The position numbers and the translations under genes were made by a program. A stretch of 59,773 nt of DNA from a bacterium (GTDB taxonomy: Bacteria; Omnitrophota; Gorgyraeia; Aquiviventales; Aquiviventaceae). The notes under the pieces were generated by a model. The model made no database searches. It was given only the letters and a program-made list of their open reading frames with translations, and was not told the origin of the DNA. Of the stretch, positions 25,930-35,753 are shown one piece after another. Each line of letters opens with the position of its first letter. Positions within the stretch are counted from its first letter, which is position 1. The DNA is taken from the NCBI GenBank assembly GCA_036396895.1, contig DASWKB010000030.1:1-59773 (forward strand), in the 5' to 3' direction.

Positions 25930-26709
25930 ATGCTGCGCATCGGATCGACCACGTCTGAATCACGGCTGATCGTCGGGACGGGGAAATACGCCTCGTTTCC
26001 GCTCATGCGGGAGGCGATCGAGGCCTCGGGGGCCCGGATCGTGACTGTCGCCGTGCGGCGGGTGAGTCTCCAGCGGGGCGCCGGGGAAAGTCTCCTGGAC
26101 TATCTGGACCCGGCGCGCGTGACGATTCTGCCCAACACCGCCGGCTGCTACACGGCTGAGGACGCCGTGCGGACCGCGCACCTGGCGCGGGAATCCGGAT
26201 TGTCCGACCTGGTGAAGGTGGAGGTGATCGGCGACCGGAAGACGCTGCTGCCGGACACCGAGGCGCTGTTGAGCGCGACCCGCACGCTGGTCAGGGACGG
26301 ATTCGTCGTCATGCCCTACACGAATGACGATCCGGTGATGGCGAAGAAATTGCAGGATGCGGGCGCGGCGTGCGTGATGCCGCTGGCCGCGCCGATCGGG
26401 TCGGGGCAGGGGATCCTCAACCCGCTAAGCATCCGGCTGCTCATGGAGGCGGTGACGATTCCGGTCATCGTGGATGCCGGCGTGGGCACGGCCTCGGATG
26501 CGGCGGAGGCGATGGAGCTTGGAGTGGACGGGGTGCTGATGAACACGGCGATCGCCGGGGCGAACGACCCGGTGAAGATGGCGCGCGCCATGCGGCTCGC
26601 CGTCGACGCGGGGCGGCAGGCGTTCGAAGCCGGTCGGATCCCCCGCCGCCCCTACGCGAGCGCCTCCAGCCCGGCCGAGGGCGTCGTCAGCCACGCGGGG
26701 CGCGCATGA
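25930..26709 (+). CDS. thiG: Thiazole synthase
   Basis: [53 protein letters not shown]. Confidence 0.98.
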   Translation: MLRIGSTTSESRLIVGTGKYASFPLMREAIEASGARIVTVAVRRVSLQRGAGESLLDYLDPARVTILPNTAGCYTAEDAVRTAHLARESGLSDLVKVEVIGDRKTLLPDTEALLSATRTLVRDGFVVMPYTNDDPVMAKKLQDAGAACVMPLAAPIGSGQGILNPLSIRLLMEAVTIPVIVDAGVGTASDAAEAMELGVDGVLMNTAIAGANDPVKMARAMRLAVDAGRQAFEAGRIPRRPYASASSPAEGVVSHAGRA

Positions 26710-29700
26710 GCGACCGGGGGGAACTGAAGCGGGTGCTTCGCTGGGTGGCGCTGTGTTATTTCCTTTCCGGGGCGCTGGGGCTCGTGTACCAGGTCCTGTG
26801 GCTGCGGAAGCTGATGCTCGTCTTCGGCAGCACCGTGTACGCGGTCAGCACGGTGCTGACCGTGTTCTTCGGCGGCCTGGCGTTGGGGAGCTGGCTGCTC
26901 GGCCGGTACATCGACCGCCACGGCGACGCGGGACTGCGCATCTACGCGTACCTCGAGCTCGGCATCGGCGCGTACGCGTTCCTGACGCCGTGGCTGTTCG
27001 AGGCCATCCAGCACCTGTACATCCCGGTGTACCGGAGCTCGGGCCTCTCGACGTCCGTGCTGGTCTCCGCGGCGTTCGGGTTGTCCCTGGCGATTCTGCT
27101 CTTGCCGACGACGCTGATGGGCGGAACGTTTCCGGTGTTGAGCCGGTTCCTGATCCGCTCGTCCGAGGAGCGGGGAGTGCGGATCGCCGACCTGTACGGG
27201 CTGAATACGGCCGGCGCGATGACCGGGACGCTCGGGGTGTATTTCATCGGCCTGCCGGTGCTGGGCGTCCTGCGGACCCTCTGGTGCGCCGGGGTCACCA
27301 ATCTCGGGATCGGCGTCCTGTGCCTCATTTTCGACCGGCACCTTGAGTCGCTCGGATTCCGTCGCCAGGCGGCGTCTGCGCCGCCTGCGGCCGCGGCCGA
27401 GCCCACCCCCGCGAGCGAGCGGGGGGACGTGCGGTGGCTCTTGCTGGCGTTCGGGCTGTCGGGGTTTGCCGCCATCGCGTACGAAGTGGTGTGGACCCGG
27501 GCGCTCGGCCTGGTGCTGGGCAGCTCGATCTACGCGTTCTGCATCATCCTGGCGACGTATCTGGGCGGGATGGCCCTGGGGAGCTTTTACGCCAGGGGGA
27601 CGCTCGAGCGCACTCCCGCAACGATCCGCCGCTTCATCGTGATCGAAGTGCTGCTGGCGGCGTGCGGGCTCATCGCGGTGATGCTCTTCAGACAGCTTCC
27701 GGAATGGCTGGTGAACCTGTGGCCGCTGTTCGGGCAGACGTTCGCGACGCTGACCTGGCTGCAGTTTCTCCTGAGCGCGTCGGTGATCATCATCCCGACG
27801 CTGCTCATGGGCTACCTGTTTCCGGTGGTCAGCGATCTGGTGACCCGCCGGTTCTCGCAGCTGGGGCAGCGGCTCGGCGCCGCGTACGCCATCAACACCC
27901 TCGGCGGCATCGCGGGCTCGTTCCTGACCGGGTTTGCGCTCATTCCGGTCTTCGGCCTCGCGTGGGCGGCGGTCACGGCGGCGCTGGTCAACCTCGTGGC
28001 GGCCGGGCTCATGTATCTGCGGTTCGAGGGCGGACCGGGATGGCGGCGCGTGGCGGTCGCCGCCCTCTCGGGCGGCCTGGCGATTGCGGTCAGCACCGAA
28101 CTCGTCATCCCATCGTGGGAAGCTCGGGTGGTGACGGCCGGCGCGTACATGGACCCCGAGAACTTCCGGGAATCCTCGGTCCGGCAGGTCGCGTCCCGGG
28201 CGCAGCTGCTCTATTACAAGGACGGCCTGAACACGACGGTGAGCGTGCATCAGAGCGACGGGGTGCTGTACCTGAAAGTCGGAGGGAAGACGGACGCGTC
28301 GAACCGGCTGGACATGAGCACCCAGGTGTTGTCCGCGCATGTGCCGCTGCTGCTGCATCCGGATCCTGAGTCGGTGCTGGTGATCGGGCTGGGCAGCGGC
28401 ATCACCTTCGGGCACGCGAGCCGGTATCCGGTGTCGAGGCTGGACTGCGCCGAGATCGAGGAGGGCGTGGTGGAAGGGGCGCGATGGTTCGGCGACTACA
28501 ACTATCATGTGCATGACGACCCGCGCGCGACGATCCACATCGCGGACGGCCGCAATATCCTGCTGGCGAGCCCCAGGCGCTACGATGTGATCACCTGCGA
28601 GCCCTCCAATCCGTGGATGGCGGGAATCGCGAACCTGTTCACCAAGGAGTTCTACGAGCTGGCGAAACGGCGCCTGGAGCCGGGCGGCATCATGTGCCAG
28701 TGGGTCCATCTCTACCACATGTTCCCGCAGGATGTGAAGCTGGTCCTGCGGACGTTCCGGGAAGTCTTCCCGCACATGACCGTCTGGTGCACGATCCCGG
28801 GGGACCTGCTGCTGGTCGGCTCGGACTCGCCCCTGTCGCTGGACCGCGACCGGATCGCGGCGCGCATGGAGGACCCGAAGATCGCCGAGAGCCTCCGAGC
28901 GGCGAAGATCGACCGTCCCGAGCTGTTTTTCCAGGCGCTCTGGCTGGACCAGCGCGCGATCGATATGGTGACGTCGGATGTCACCTGGCTGCATGAAGAT
29001 GACCTGCCCTCGCTCGAATTCAGCGCCCCCAAGGCGCTCTACGCGTCCGGGATGCTGAGCGCGAATTACAAGGGGCTGGAGCGCTTCCGGGTTGATCCGA
29101 AATCGGTCGTGCGAGGCTACGACACGGCGCGTGAAACCGCGGACTTTTACCGCGCGCTGGCCGGCCTCTGGGAGTTCCGCGATGAATCGTCGCGCGCGAT
29201 GGAGGCGTGGGAGAAAGCCGTGGAGCTGGAGCCCTCCTCCGTCGAAGCCTGGAGCCGGCTGGGAGAGCTCCTGATGGGCTCGCAGAAGTTCCCGAAGGCG
29301 GAACGGGCGCTCGAACGGGCGGCCGAGCTCGATCCCGCCGATGTGATGTCCCGGCGCCTCTTGGGCCGCGTGGCCTGGAAGCACGGAGAGCCGGAGACGG
29401 CCGGGCGATGGTACGGGCAAGCGGCTGCGATCCGCCCGGCCGAGATGTCGTTCGCCCATGAGCTCGGGGATTTTTACCGCGATCAGCGCGATCACACGCG
29501 GGCGGCGGAATATTACCGTTCATCGATGACGCAGGGAGGCGGGGACCGCCTCGAAGTCGTGCTCGGCTACGCGCAGGCGCTGCGGGAGCTGGAGGCGTGG
29601 GCGGACGCCGAGGCGCTGCTGCGCTTCGGAATGCTCCGATATCCGGGGCAGGCCGCGATGCCGATGCTCCTGGGCAAGACGCTGATCGATCTGGGGCGGT

Positions 29701-29927
29701 TCCGGGAGGCCGAGAGCCTGTTCCGGCACACGCTGATGCTGGCGCCGAACGCGTCAGAGGCATTCTACGAGCTGGCGCAGTGCGCGCTGGAGCGCGGCTC
29801 GCCGGAGGACGCGATGAGGTACCTGAAGAGAACCCTCGGGGCGAGTCCGTATCATGAGGGCGCGTTGAAGCTACTCTATGAAGCCGGGCGGGAATCGAGC
29901 GCGGCGGCGCGCCTGACGGGAGAGTGA
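26706..29927 (+). CDS. Fused MFS-like membrane domain / spermidine-synthase-like domain / TPR protein
   Basis: [15 protein letters not shown] and [15 protein letters not shown] duplicated TM blocks, [33 protein letters not shown]-terminal TPR-like helices. Confidence 0.88.
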   Translation: MSDRGELKRVLRWVALCYFLSGALGLVYQVLWLRKLMLVFGSTVYAVSTVLTVFFGGLALGSWLLGRYIDRHGDAGLRIYAYLELGIGAYAFLTPWLFEAIQHLYIPVYRSSGLSTSVLVSAAFGLSLAILLLPTTLMGGTFPVLSRFLIRSSEERGVRIADLYGLNTAGAMTGTLGVYFIGLPVLGVLRTLWCAGVTNLGIGVLCLIFDRHLESLGFRRQAASAPPAAAAEPTPASERGDVRWLLLAFGLSGFAAIAYEVVWTRALGLVLGSSIYAFCIILATYLGGMALGSFYARGTLERTPATIRRFIVIEVLLAACGLIAVMLFRQLPEWLVNLWPLFGQTFATLTWLQFLLSASVIIIPTLLMGYLFPVVSDLVTRRFSQLGQRLGAAYAINTLGGIAGSFLTGFALIPVFGLAWAAVTAALVNLVAAGLMYLRFEGGPGWRRVAVAALSGGLAIAVSTELVIPSWEARVVTAGAYMDPENFRESSVRQVASRAQLLYYKDGLNTTVSVHQSDGVLYLKVGGKTDASNRLDMSTQVLSAHVPLLLHPDPESVLVIGLGSGITFGHASRYPVSRLDCAEIEEGVVEGARWFGDYNYHVHDDPRATIHIADGRNILLASPRRYDVITCEPSNPWMAGIANLFTKEFYELAKRRLEPGGIMCQWVHLYHMFPQDVKLVLRTFREVFPHMTVWCTIPGDLLLVGSDSPLSLDRDRIAARMEDPKIAESLRAAKIDRPELFFQALWLDQRAIDMVTSDVTWLHEDDLPSLEFSAPKALYASGMLSANYKGLERFRVDPKSVVRGYDTARETADFYRALAGLWEFRDESSRAMEAWEKAVELEPSSVEAWSRLGELLMGSQKFPKAERALERAAELDPADVMSRRLLGRVAWKHGEPETAGRWYGQAAAIRPAEMSFAHELGDFYRDQRDHTRAAEYYRSSMTQGGGDRLEVVLGYAQALRELEAWADAEALLRFGMLRYPGQAAMPMLLGKTLIDLGRFREAESLFRHTLMLAPNASEAFYELAQCALERGSPEDAMRYLKRTLGASPYHEGALKLLYEAGRESSAAARLTGE

Positions 29928-29928
29928 C

Positions 29929-31041
29929 ATGGCTCAACCGACGCAACCGGGCGTCGCGGGAGCGCGCCCGACACACCGCATTGCGGTCATCCCCGGAGAC
30001 GGGACGGGCCCCGAAGTGGTGCGCGAAGGACGGAAGGTCCTCGACGCGGCCGCGCCGCGCTTCGGCTTTGCGATCGAATGGCGCGACTACCCGCTGGGGG
30101 GCGAGCAGTATCTGCGCACGGGTGAGACGCTGCCAGAGTCCGTGCTCCGCGAGCTGCGCGGGGCGGACGCGATCTATCTCGGCGCCATCGGCCATCCTGA
30201 CGTCGCGCCCGGGATTCTCGAGCACGGCATCCTGCTCCGCCTGAGGTTCGAACTGGACCAGTACATCAACCTGCGGCCGGTCAAGCTGTTTCCGGGCGTC
30301 TGGACGCCGCTCCGGGACAAGGAGCCCTCCGACATCGATTTCGTCGTGGTCCGCGAAAACACCGAGGGGCTCTACAGCGGCGTCGGGGGGTTCCTCCGGC
30401 GCGGCACGGCCGAGGAGGTGGCGCTGCAGACGTCGGTGAACACCCGACGCGGGGTGGAGCGATGCCTCCGGTACGCGTTCGAGTACACGCGCCGGGCCGG
30501 ACGGAAGAAGCTGACGCTGTGCGGCAAGACCAACGTGCTGACGTACGCGCACGATCTCTGGCAGCGCGCGTTCCGGGAGCTCGCCGCGTCCTACCCGGAC
30601 GTGACGACGGACTATACTCACGTGGACGCGTGCTGCATGTGGATGGTCAAAAACCCGGAATGGTTTGACGTGATCGTGACCGACAACATGTTCGGCGACA
30701 TCATCACGGACCTGGGCGCGATGATCCAGGGCGGGATGGGCATCGCGGCGGGAGCGAACCTCAACCCCGGCGGCGTGTCCATGTTCGAGCCGATCGGAGG
30801 GTCGGCGCCCAAGTACACGGGGAAGAACGTGATCAACCCGCTGGCCGCCGTGTGCGCGGGCGCGATGATGCTCGAGGAGCTGGGGCACCAGGACGCCGCC
30901 CGGGCGATCGAGCAGGCGGTGATGGACGTCACGGCGACGCGGCTCAAGAGCCTGGCGGCGGGGAAGATGGGGCACACGACGAGCGAGGTCGGAGACCTCG
31001 TCGTGGCGGCCCTTTCCGCCACACGGTCGCGAAGTCAATAA
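29929..31041 (+). CDS. leuB: 3-isopropylmalate dehydrogenase (beta-decarboxylating dehydrogenase family)
   Basis: IPGDGTGPEV, EHGILLRLRF, NLRP, VRENTEGLY, DNMFGDIITD, EPIGGSAP; leuB-asd-truA context. Confidence 0.85.
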   Translation: MAQPTQPGVAGARPTHRIAVIPGDGTGPEVVREGRKVLDAAAPRFGFAIEWRDYPLGGEQYLRTGETLPESVLRELRGADAIYLGAIGHPDVAPGILEHGILLRLRFELDQYINLRPVKLFPGVWTPLRDKEPSDIDFVVVRENTEGLYSGVGGFLRRGTAEEVALQTSVNTRRGVERCLRYAFEYTRRAGRKKLTLCGKTNVLTYAHDLWQRAFRELAASYPDVTTDYTHVDACCMWMVKNPEWFDVIVTDNMFGDIITDLGAMIQGGMGIAAGANLNPGGVSMFEPIGGSAPKYTGKNVINPLAAVCAGAMMLEELGHQDAARAIEQAVMDVTATRLKSLAAGKMGHTTSEVGDLVVAALSATRSRSQ

Positions 31042-31043
31042 CG

Positions 31044-31111
31044 CGAAATGTGGAATTCGGAGTTCGGAACGCGGAATTCCGCATTCCCAATTCCCCATTC
31101 CGAATTTGGCA
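31044..31111. repeat. Inverted heptamer array (CGGAATT type), arms abutting
   Basis: GTGGAAT TCGGAGT TCGGAAC GCGGAAT / AATTCCG CATTCCC AATTCCC CATTCCG AATTTGGCA, centred on GAATTC 31074-79. Confidence 0.88.
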
Positions 31112-31115
31112 TAGG

Positions 31116-32195
31116 ATGATGAAGGTCATTCGAACGGTCAATGTCGCGGTGGTGGGCGCTACGGGCGCGGTCGGCACGATGATGCTTCGCGTCCTGGAGG
31201 AGCGCCGGTTTCCCGTCGGGGAATTGACGGCGCTGGCCTCGCGGCGCTCGCGGGGCCGCCGCGTGCGATTCGGCGGCCGGTCGGTGCGCGTGCGGGAGCT
31301 GACCCGGGACGCGTTCGACGGGGTGGACCTCGCGCTCTTCAGCGCGGGCGCGGGGTGCAGCCTGGCGTTCGCGCCCGAGGCGGCGCGCAGGGGTGCCCTC
31401 GTCGTGGACAACTCGAGCGCGTTCCGGCTTGAGCCCGGAGTCCCCCTCGTGGTGCCGGAGGTCAATCCGGAAGCGGCCTCGCGTCACCGCGGCATCATCG
31501 CGAATCCCAATTGCTCCACCATCATCATGGTCGTGGCGCTGGAGCCGCTGCACCGGGCCGCGGGGCTGCGGCGGGTGGTGGTGTCCACGTACCAATCGGT
31601 GTCCGGAGCGGGAGCCCGGGCGATCCAGCAGCTCTGGCGGGAGAGCGGGCGGCTGGCCGGCCGGTGGCGCGCCTATGCCCCAGGCCGCGGCGTCGAGCAG
31701 GCCTGCGAGAAGCTGCGCGCGGCGGGCGCATCGGGCGGGCCGCTGCCGCACCGGATCGCCTGCAACGTGATTCCGCAGATCGACGTGATGCGCCCCGACG
31801 GCTACACGAAGGAAGAGTTCAAGATGCGGGCGGAGTCCAGGAAAATTATGGGCTTGCCGTCGCTGCGGTTGTCGGCGACGTGCGTGCGGGTCCCGGTCTA
31901 CCTCGCGCACTCCGAGGCGGTCACGGCGGAGTTCGCGCGGCCGATCACCCCGGCCCGGGCGAGGGCGATCCTCCGCCGCTCGCCGGGGGTGGTGGTGATG
32001 GATGAGCCGGGGGAGGGACGCTACCCGATGCCCATCAATCTCGGCGGCCGCGACGCGGTGGGCGTGGGGCGGATCCGCCAGGATCCGGACGATCCGCGCA
32101 TCCTGCACTTCTGGGCGGTCGGCGACAATGTGCGCAAGGGCGCTGCGACCAACGCGGTGCAGATCGCCGAGCTGCTCGTTGGGGCATCTGCGTAG
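31116..32195 (+). CDS. asd: Aspartate-semialdehyde dehydrogenase
   Basis: VVGATGAVG, DNSSAFR, PLVVPEVNP, NPNCST (catalytic Cys), TYQSVSGAG, DNVRKGAATNAVQIAE. Confidence 0.97.
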   Translation: MMKVIRTVNVAVVGATGAVGTMMLRVLEERRFPVGELTALASRRSRGRRVRFGGRSVRVRELTRDAFDGVDLALFSAGAGCSLAFAPEAARRGALVVDNSSAFRLEPGVPLVVPEVNPEAASRHRGIIANPNCSTIIMVVALEPLHRAAGLRRVVVSTYQSVSGAGARAIQQLWRESGRLAGRWRAYAPGRGVEQACEKLRAAGASGGPLPHRIACNVIPQIDVMRPDGYTKEEFKMRAESRKIMGLPSLRLSATCVRVPVYLAHSEAVTAEFARPITPARARAILRRSPGVVVMDEPGEGRYPMPINLGGRDAVGVGRIRQDPDDPRILHFWAVGDNVRKGAATNAVQIAELLVGASA

Positions 32196-32211
32196 CAGAG
32201 TTTCCAACGCG

Positions 32212-32988
32212 ATGCCGACGCTGAAGCTGACCGTGGCGTACGACGGGACCCGCTACGCCGGCTGGCAGCGGCAGTCCGGCTCCGCCGGCGCGCGGCCGAC
32301 CGTGCAGGAGACGCTGGAGCGGGCGCTCGGAACAATCCTGCGTGAGCGCGTGCGGGTGGTGGGCAGCGGACGGACCGACGCCGGCGTTCATGCCCTGGCG
32401 CAAGTCGCGCACGCGCGCGTGGCGAAGCCCGTGTCCTGCGCCCGGCTGCGCCGGTCGCTCCAAGCCCTCCTGCCCGGCGATCTGGCCGTGCTTCGGGTCG
32501 AGGAGGCGGCGAAGGACTTTCACGCCCGCTTCGACGCGAAGGAGAAGCGGTACCGGTACCGGATCTTCACGGGCCCCGTGCCGGATCCGTTCGCGCGGCC
32601 CTACGTCCACCACGTGCGGGCGCCGCTCAATGCGGCCCGCATGCGGCGGGAAGCCGCGGCGCTGCGGGGCCGGCATGACTTCCGGGCGCTCGCGAGGGCC
32701 GGGCACGGACGGCGCAGTACCGTGCGGGTCATCCGGAGCGTCGGACTCCGGCGGCGGGGCGAGGAGCTGTGGCTCGAGGTCATCGGCAGCGGGTTTCTGC
32801 ACGCGATGGTGCGCAGCATCGCCGGGACGCTGATCGACGTTGGACGCGGCCGTCTGCCCGCGGGCACGCTTCCGCAGCTCCTGCGCGCAGGGCGCCGGGG
32901 CGGGGCGGGGACGACGGCCCCCGCGCGCGGACTCGTGCTGGTGTCGGTGAGGTACCGGGAGGGACGGCATGAACGCGCACGCGACTGA
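32212..32988 (+). CDS. truA: tRNA pseudouridine(38-40) synthase
   Basis: AYDGTRYAGWQRQ, GRTDAGVHALAQV, FHARF, GFLHAMVR, TAPARGL. Confidence 0.96.
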   Translation: MPTLKLTVAYDGTRYAGWQRQSGSAGARPTVQETLERALGTILRERVRVVGSGRTDAGVHALAQVAHARVAKPVSCARLRRSLQALLPGDLAVLRVEEAAKDFHARFDAKEKRYRYRIFTGPVPDPFARPYVHHVRAPLNAARMRREAAALRGRHDFRALARAGHGRRSTVRVIRSVGLRRRGEELWLEVIGSGFLHAMVRSIAGTLIDVGRGRLPAGTLPQLLRAGRRGGAGTTAPARGLVLVSVRYREGRHERARD

Positions 32989-34486
32989 TATGGAGCCGCA
33001 TCGCGCCCAGTGGAAGACGCAGGCGGGATTCCTGCTCGCCGCAGTCGGATCCGCCGTCGGCCTGGGCAATATCTGGCGCTTCTCCTACGTGTCCTACGAA
33101 AACGGCGGCGGCGCGTTCCTGATCCCGTACTGCGTCGCCCTGCTCACCGCCGGCATTCCGCTGATGATCTTGGAGTTCGGCCTCGGGCACCGCATGCGCG
33201 GATCCGCCCCCATGAGCTTCGCCAAGCTCAACCCGCACTGGGAATGGCTGGGCTGGTGGATGGTCACGTTCGTGATGTTCGGGATCGCGCTGTTTTATTC
33301 CGTGATCGTTGCGTGGTGCGTGAACTATCTCGTCTTCGCGGCGGATCTGGCGTGGGGGACGGACCCGAACGCCTTCTTCTTCCAGGAGTTCCTCGGCGCA
33401 AGCGGCGGGCCGCAGGCCATCGGAGACGTCCAGTCGCCGATTCTGCTCGCGCTGCTCGTGGTCTGGGTCATCAACTGGCTGGTCGTGTTCTTCGGCGTCC
33501 AGCACGGCATCGAACAGGCCAACAAAGTCTTCATGCCGCTCCTGATCGTCCTGATGGCGGTGCTCGTCGTGTGGACGATGACGCTGCCCGGAGCGGGAGA
33601 CGGGCTGGCGCGCTACCTGAAGCCGGATTTCAGCCGGCTGTGGGAGCCGCTCGTGTGGCGGGCGGCCTACGCCCAGGTCTTCTTCTCGCTGAGCCTCGGG
33701 TTCGGGATCATGATCGCGTACGCGTCGTACCTGCCGCGCAAGTCGAACATCAGCGTGAACGCGGCGATCACCTGCCTGGCCGACACGAGCTTCGCGATCT
33801 TCGCGGGGCTGGCGGTCTTCGGCACGCTGGGCTACATGGCGAACCAGACGGGGGTGCCCTTCGAGCAGGTGGTGACGAAGGGCCTCGGGCTCGCGTTCGT
33901 CGCCTATCCGCAGGCCATCAGCCTCCTGCCCAGCTTCGCCAGGCTCTTCGGCGTCCTGTTCTTTTTCGCGTTGATCGTCGCGGGCGTCTCCTCGCTCGTG
34001 TCCATCCTGGAAGCGTTCACCTCCTCGGTCATCGACAAGTTCCATTACCCGCGGCGGATCGTCGTCACGGTGCTGTCGGTCCTGGGGCTGCTGGGCGGCG
34101 CGTGCTTCACGACGGGGGCGGGGCTCTACTGGATCGACATCGTCGATCACGCCCTCAGCGAGTACGGGCTCTTCCTGGCCTGCGTCCTCCAGGCGCTGTT
34201 CGTCGGATGGGGCTTCCGGATTTCGAGGATCCGGGAGCACGTAAACGGCGTCTCGAGCTGGCGGATCGGGCGGTGGTGGGACTGGTGCATCCGGTTTGTC
34301 CTGCCGGCGGTGCTCCTGTGGCTGCTCATCGGAGGCATCGTGCAGGAAGTGCGCGAGCCGTACGGCGGCTACCCGTGGCTGGCGCTGGTGCTGCTGGGCA
34401 GGGACTGGCTCCTGGTGACGCTCATCGTCGCGCTGTTCGTCGCGGCGCGGCCCTGGCGGCGCCCGCTCGAGCGTGAGCAGCCGTGA
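32969..34486 (+). CDS. Sodium-dependent transporter, NSS/SNF (LeuT-like) family
   Basis: GSAVGLGNIWRF, GGGAFLIPY, QVFFSLSLGFG, GLAFVAYP, AGVSS. Confidence 0.95.
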   Translation: MNAHATDMEPHRAQWKTQAGFLLAAVGSAVGLGNIWRFSYVSYENGGGAFLIPYCVALLTAGIPLMILEFGLGHRMRGSAPMSFAKLNPHWEWLGWWMVTFVMFGIALFYSVIVAWCVNYLVFAADLAWGTDPNAFFFQEFLGASGGPQAIGDVQSPILLALLVVWVINWLVVFFGVQHGIEQANKVFMPLLIVLMAVLVVWTMTLPGAGDGLARYLKPDFSRLWEPLVWRAAYAQVFFSLSLGFGIMIAYASYLPRKSNISVNAAITCLADTSFAIFAGLAVFGTLGYMANQTGVPFEQVVTKGLGLAFVAYPQAISLLPSFARLFGVLFFFALIVAGVSSLVSILEAFTSSVIDKFHYPRRIVVTVLSVLGLLGGACFTTGAGLYWIDIVDHALSEYGLFLACVLQALFVGWGFRISRIREHVNGVSSWRIGRWWDWCIRFVLPAVLLWLLIGGIVQEVREPYGGYPWLALVLLGRDWLLVTLIVALFVAARPWRRPLEREQP

Positions 34487-34490
34487 TCCG

Positions 34491-34669
34491 CGTCACGCGT
34501 CACGTGGGGCGGGGGGCCTGGGAGTGAAGGACGGAGAGCTCACGAGACGCTTGAGGCTGGAGGCCGGAACAACCGGACGGCGACAGCGCGCGTTCCAGCC
34601 TCTAGCTTCCAGCTTCTAGCTTCAGACTTGCTCAACAGAACGTCCCTGGTTGCCGGTCTCTGGTTGCTG
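34491..34669. repeat. Heptamer arrays with inverted GAAGCTG-type core
   Basis: CGTCACG CGTCACG TGGGGCG...; TTGAGGC TGGAGGC CGGAAC / GTTCCAGC CTCTAGC TTCCAGC TTCTAGC TTCAGAC (34592-627); TGGTTGC CGGTCTC TGGTTGC (34647-667). Confidence 0.8.
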
Positions 34670-34687
34670 AGGAGGACGAGGCGGCCA

Positions 34688-34716
34688 TTGACAGCGAGGC
34701 AGCCGGGTGATACAAT
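34688..34716 (+). promoter_or_regulatory. Strong sigma70 promoter for rplM-rpsI
   Basis: TTGACA (34688-93), 17 nt, TACAAT (34711-16) with extended TG. Confidence 0.75.
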
Positions 34717-34774
34717 TCCGACACGTAGTTTCCTGCCTGAGGCGTCCCGCCTGCGGCGGGGCGACGCCATTGCG

Positions 34775-35254
34775 ATGACGACGACCACATTTCCTCACAC
34801 CAAGCAGTTTGTGCGCGATTGGGTGCTGATTGACGCGCGGGACCAGGTGCTGGGCCGGCTCGCCAGCCGGATCTCCTTGATCCTGCGCGGCAAGCATAAG
34901 CCCACGTTTACCCCGTTTTTGGATACCGGGGACATGGTGGTCGTGATCAACGTCGAGCGCATCGCGGTGACCGGCAACAAGCTGTTGCAGAAGACGTATC
35001 AGCGCTACTCCGGCTACCCAGGCGGGCGGCGGGTGCGGGTGTTGCGGGACGTCATGGCGAAGCATCCGGACCGCGTGCTGCGGCAGGCGGTCAAGGGCAT
35101 GCTGCCGTCCGGCCCGCTCGGGCGGCGGATGCTGGGGAAACTCAAGATTTACGCCGGCGCGTCGCACCCGCACGGGGCGCAGCGGCCGCGGACCATCACC
35201 GTGTCGAAAACCGCAGCGAACGAAGCGAGCGAATCGGAGCCACGCCCCGCATGA
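34775..35254 (+). CDS. rplM: 50S ribosomal protein L13
   Basis: [53 protein letters not shown]. Confidence 0.98.
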   Translation: MTTTTFPHTKQFVRDWVLIDARDQVLGRLASRISLILRGKHKPTFTPFLDTGDMVVVINVERIAVTGNKLLQKTYQRYSGYPGGRRVRVLRDVMAKHPDRVLRQAVKGMLPSGPLGRRMLGKLKIYAGASHPHGAQRPRTITVSKTAANEASESEPRPA

Positions 35255-35721
35255 CGGACGACGAATCGACGGCGACATCCATGCCTGAGCAGCCGCCCGC
35301 GGAACAGCCGCAGGCGCCCGCGGCGGAGCAGTCCGGAGGGGGCATGATCGCCACCGGCCGGCGTCGCGAGGCCATCGCGCGCGTCCGGCTCTCCCCGGGC
35401 GGCGGCGTGATCCTCGTCAACCGCCGGCCGTACGAGGACTATTTCCCGCGCGAAGCGCTGCGCCTGGCCGTGCGCGCGCCGCTGGTCGCGACGCGGCAGA
35501 TGGGCCGGTTCGACGTCATCGCCAACGTCGCGGGAGGGGGATTGGCCGGGCAGGCCGATGCGGTCAAGCTGGGCATCGCCCGGGTGCTGGCGGGCCTCGA
35601 CGGCGCGCACCGCACGACGCTGCGCGGGGCGGGGCTGCTCACGCGCGACCCCCGCATGAAGGAGCGGAAGAAATACGGACAGAAGGGCGCTCGCAAGCGG
35701 TTCCAGTGGACCAAGCGCTGA
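35251..35721 (+). CDS. rpsI: 30S ribosomal protein S9
   Basis: [46 protein letters not shown]. Confidence 0.98.
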   Translation: MTDDESTATSMPEQPPAEQPQAPAAEQSGGGMIATGRRREAIARVRLSPGGGVILVNRRPYEDYFPREALRLAVRAPLVATRQMGRFDVIANVAGGGLAGQADAVKLGIARVLAGLDGAHRTTLRGAGLLTRDPRMKERKKYGQKGARKRFQWTKR

Positions 35722-35753
35722 TGTGTTAATATGAAAGCCTCGCTGCCTCACAG

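Noticed and set aside
26652-29495. Long antisense and alternate-frame ORFs (e.g. 26652-29495 -, 52549-54408 -, 29020-31098 -, 43238-44914 -)
   Set aside because: Shadow ORFs of a high-GC genome: they overlap well-supported genes, are Arg/Pro/Ala-rich and carry no family motifs.
34487-34560. MetS-like small subunit after the NSS transporter
   Set aside because: The only short frame (VIRVTRHVGRGAWE) is not hydrophobic; the region is repeat array.
35722-35753. ARG box before argC
   Set aside because: The AT-rich tgttaatatga lacks the TGAAT...ATTCA dyad.
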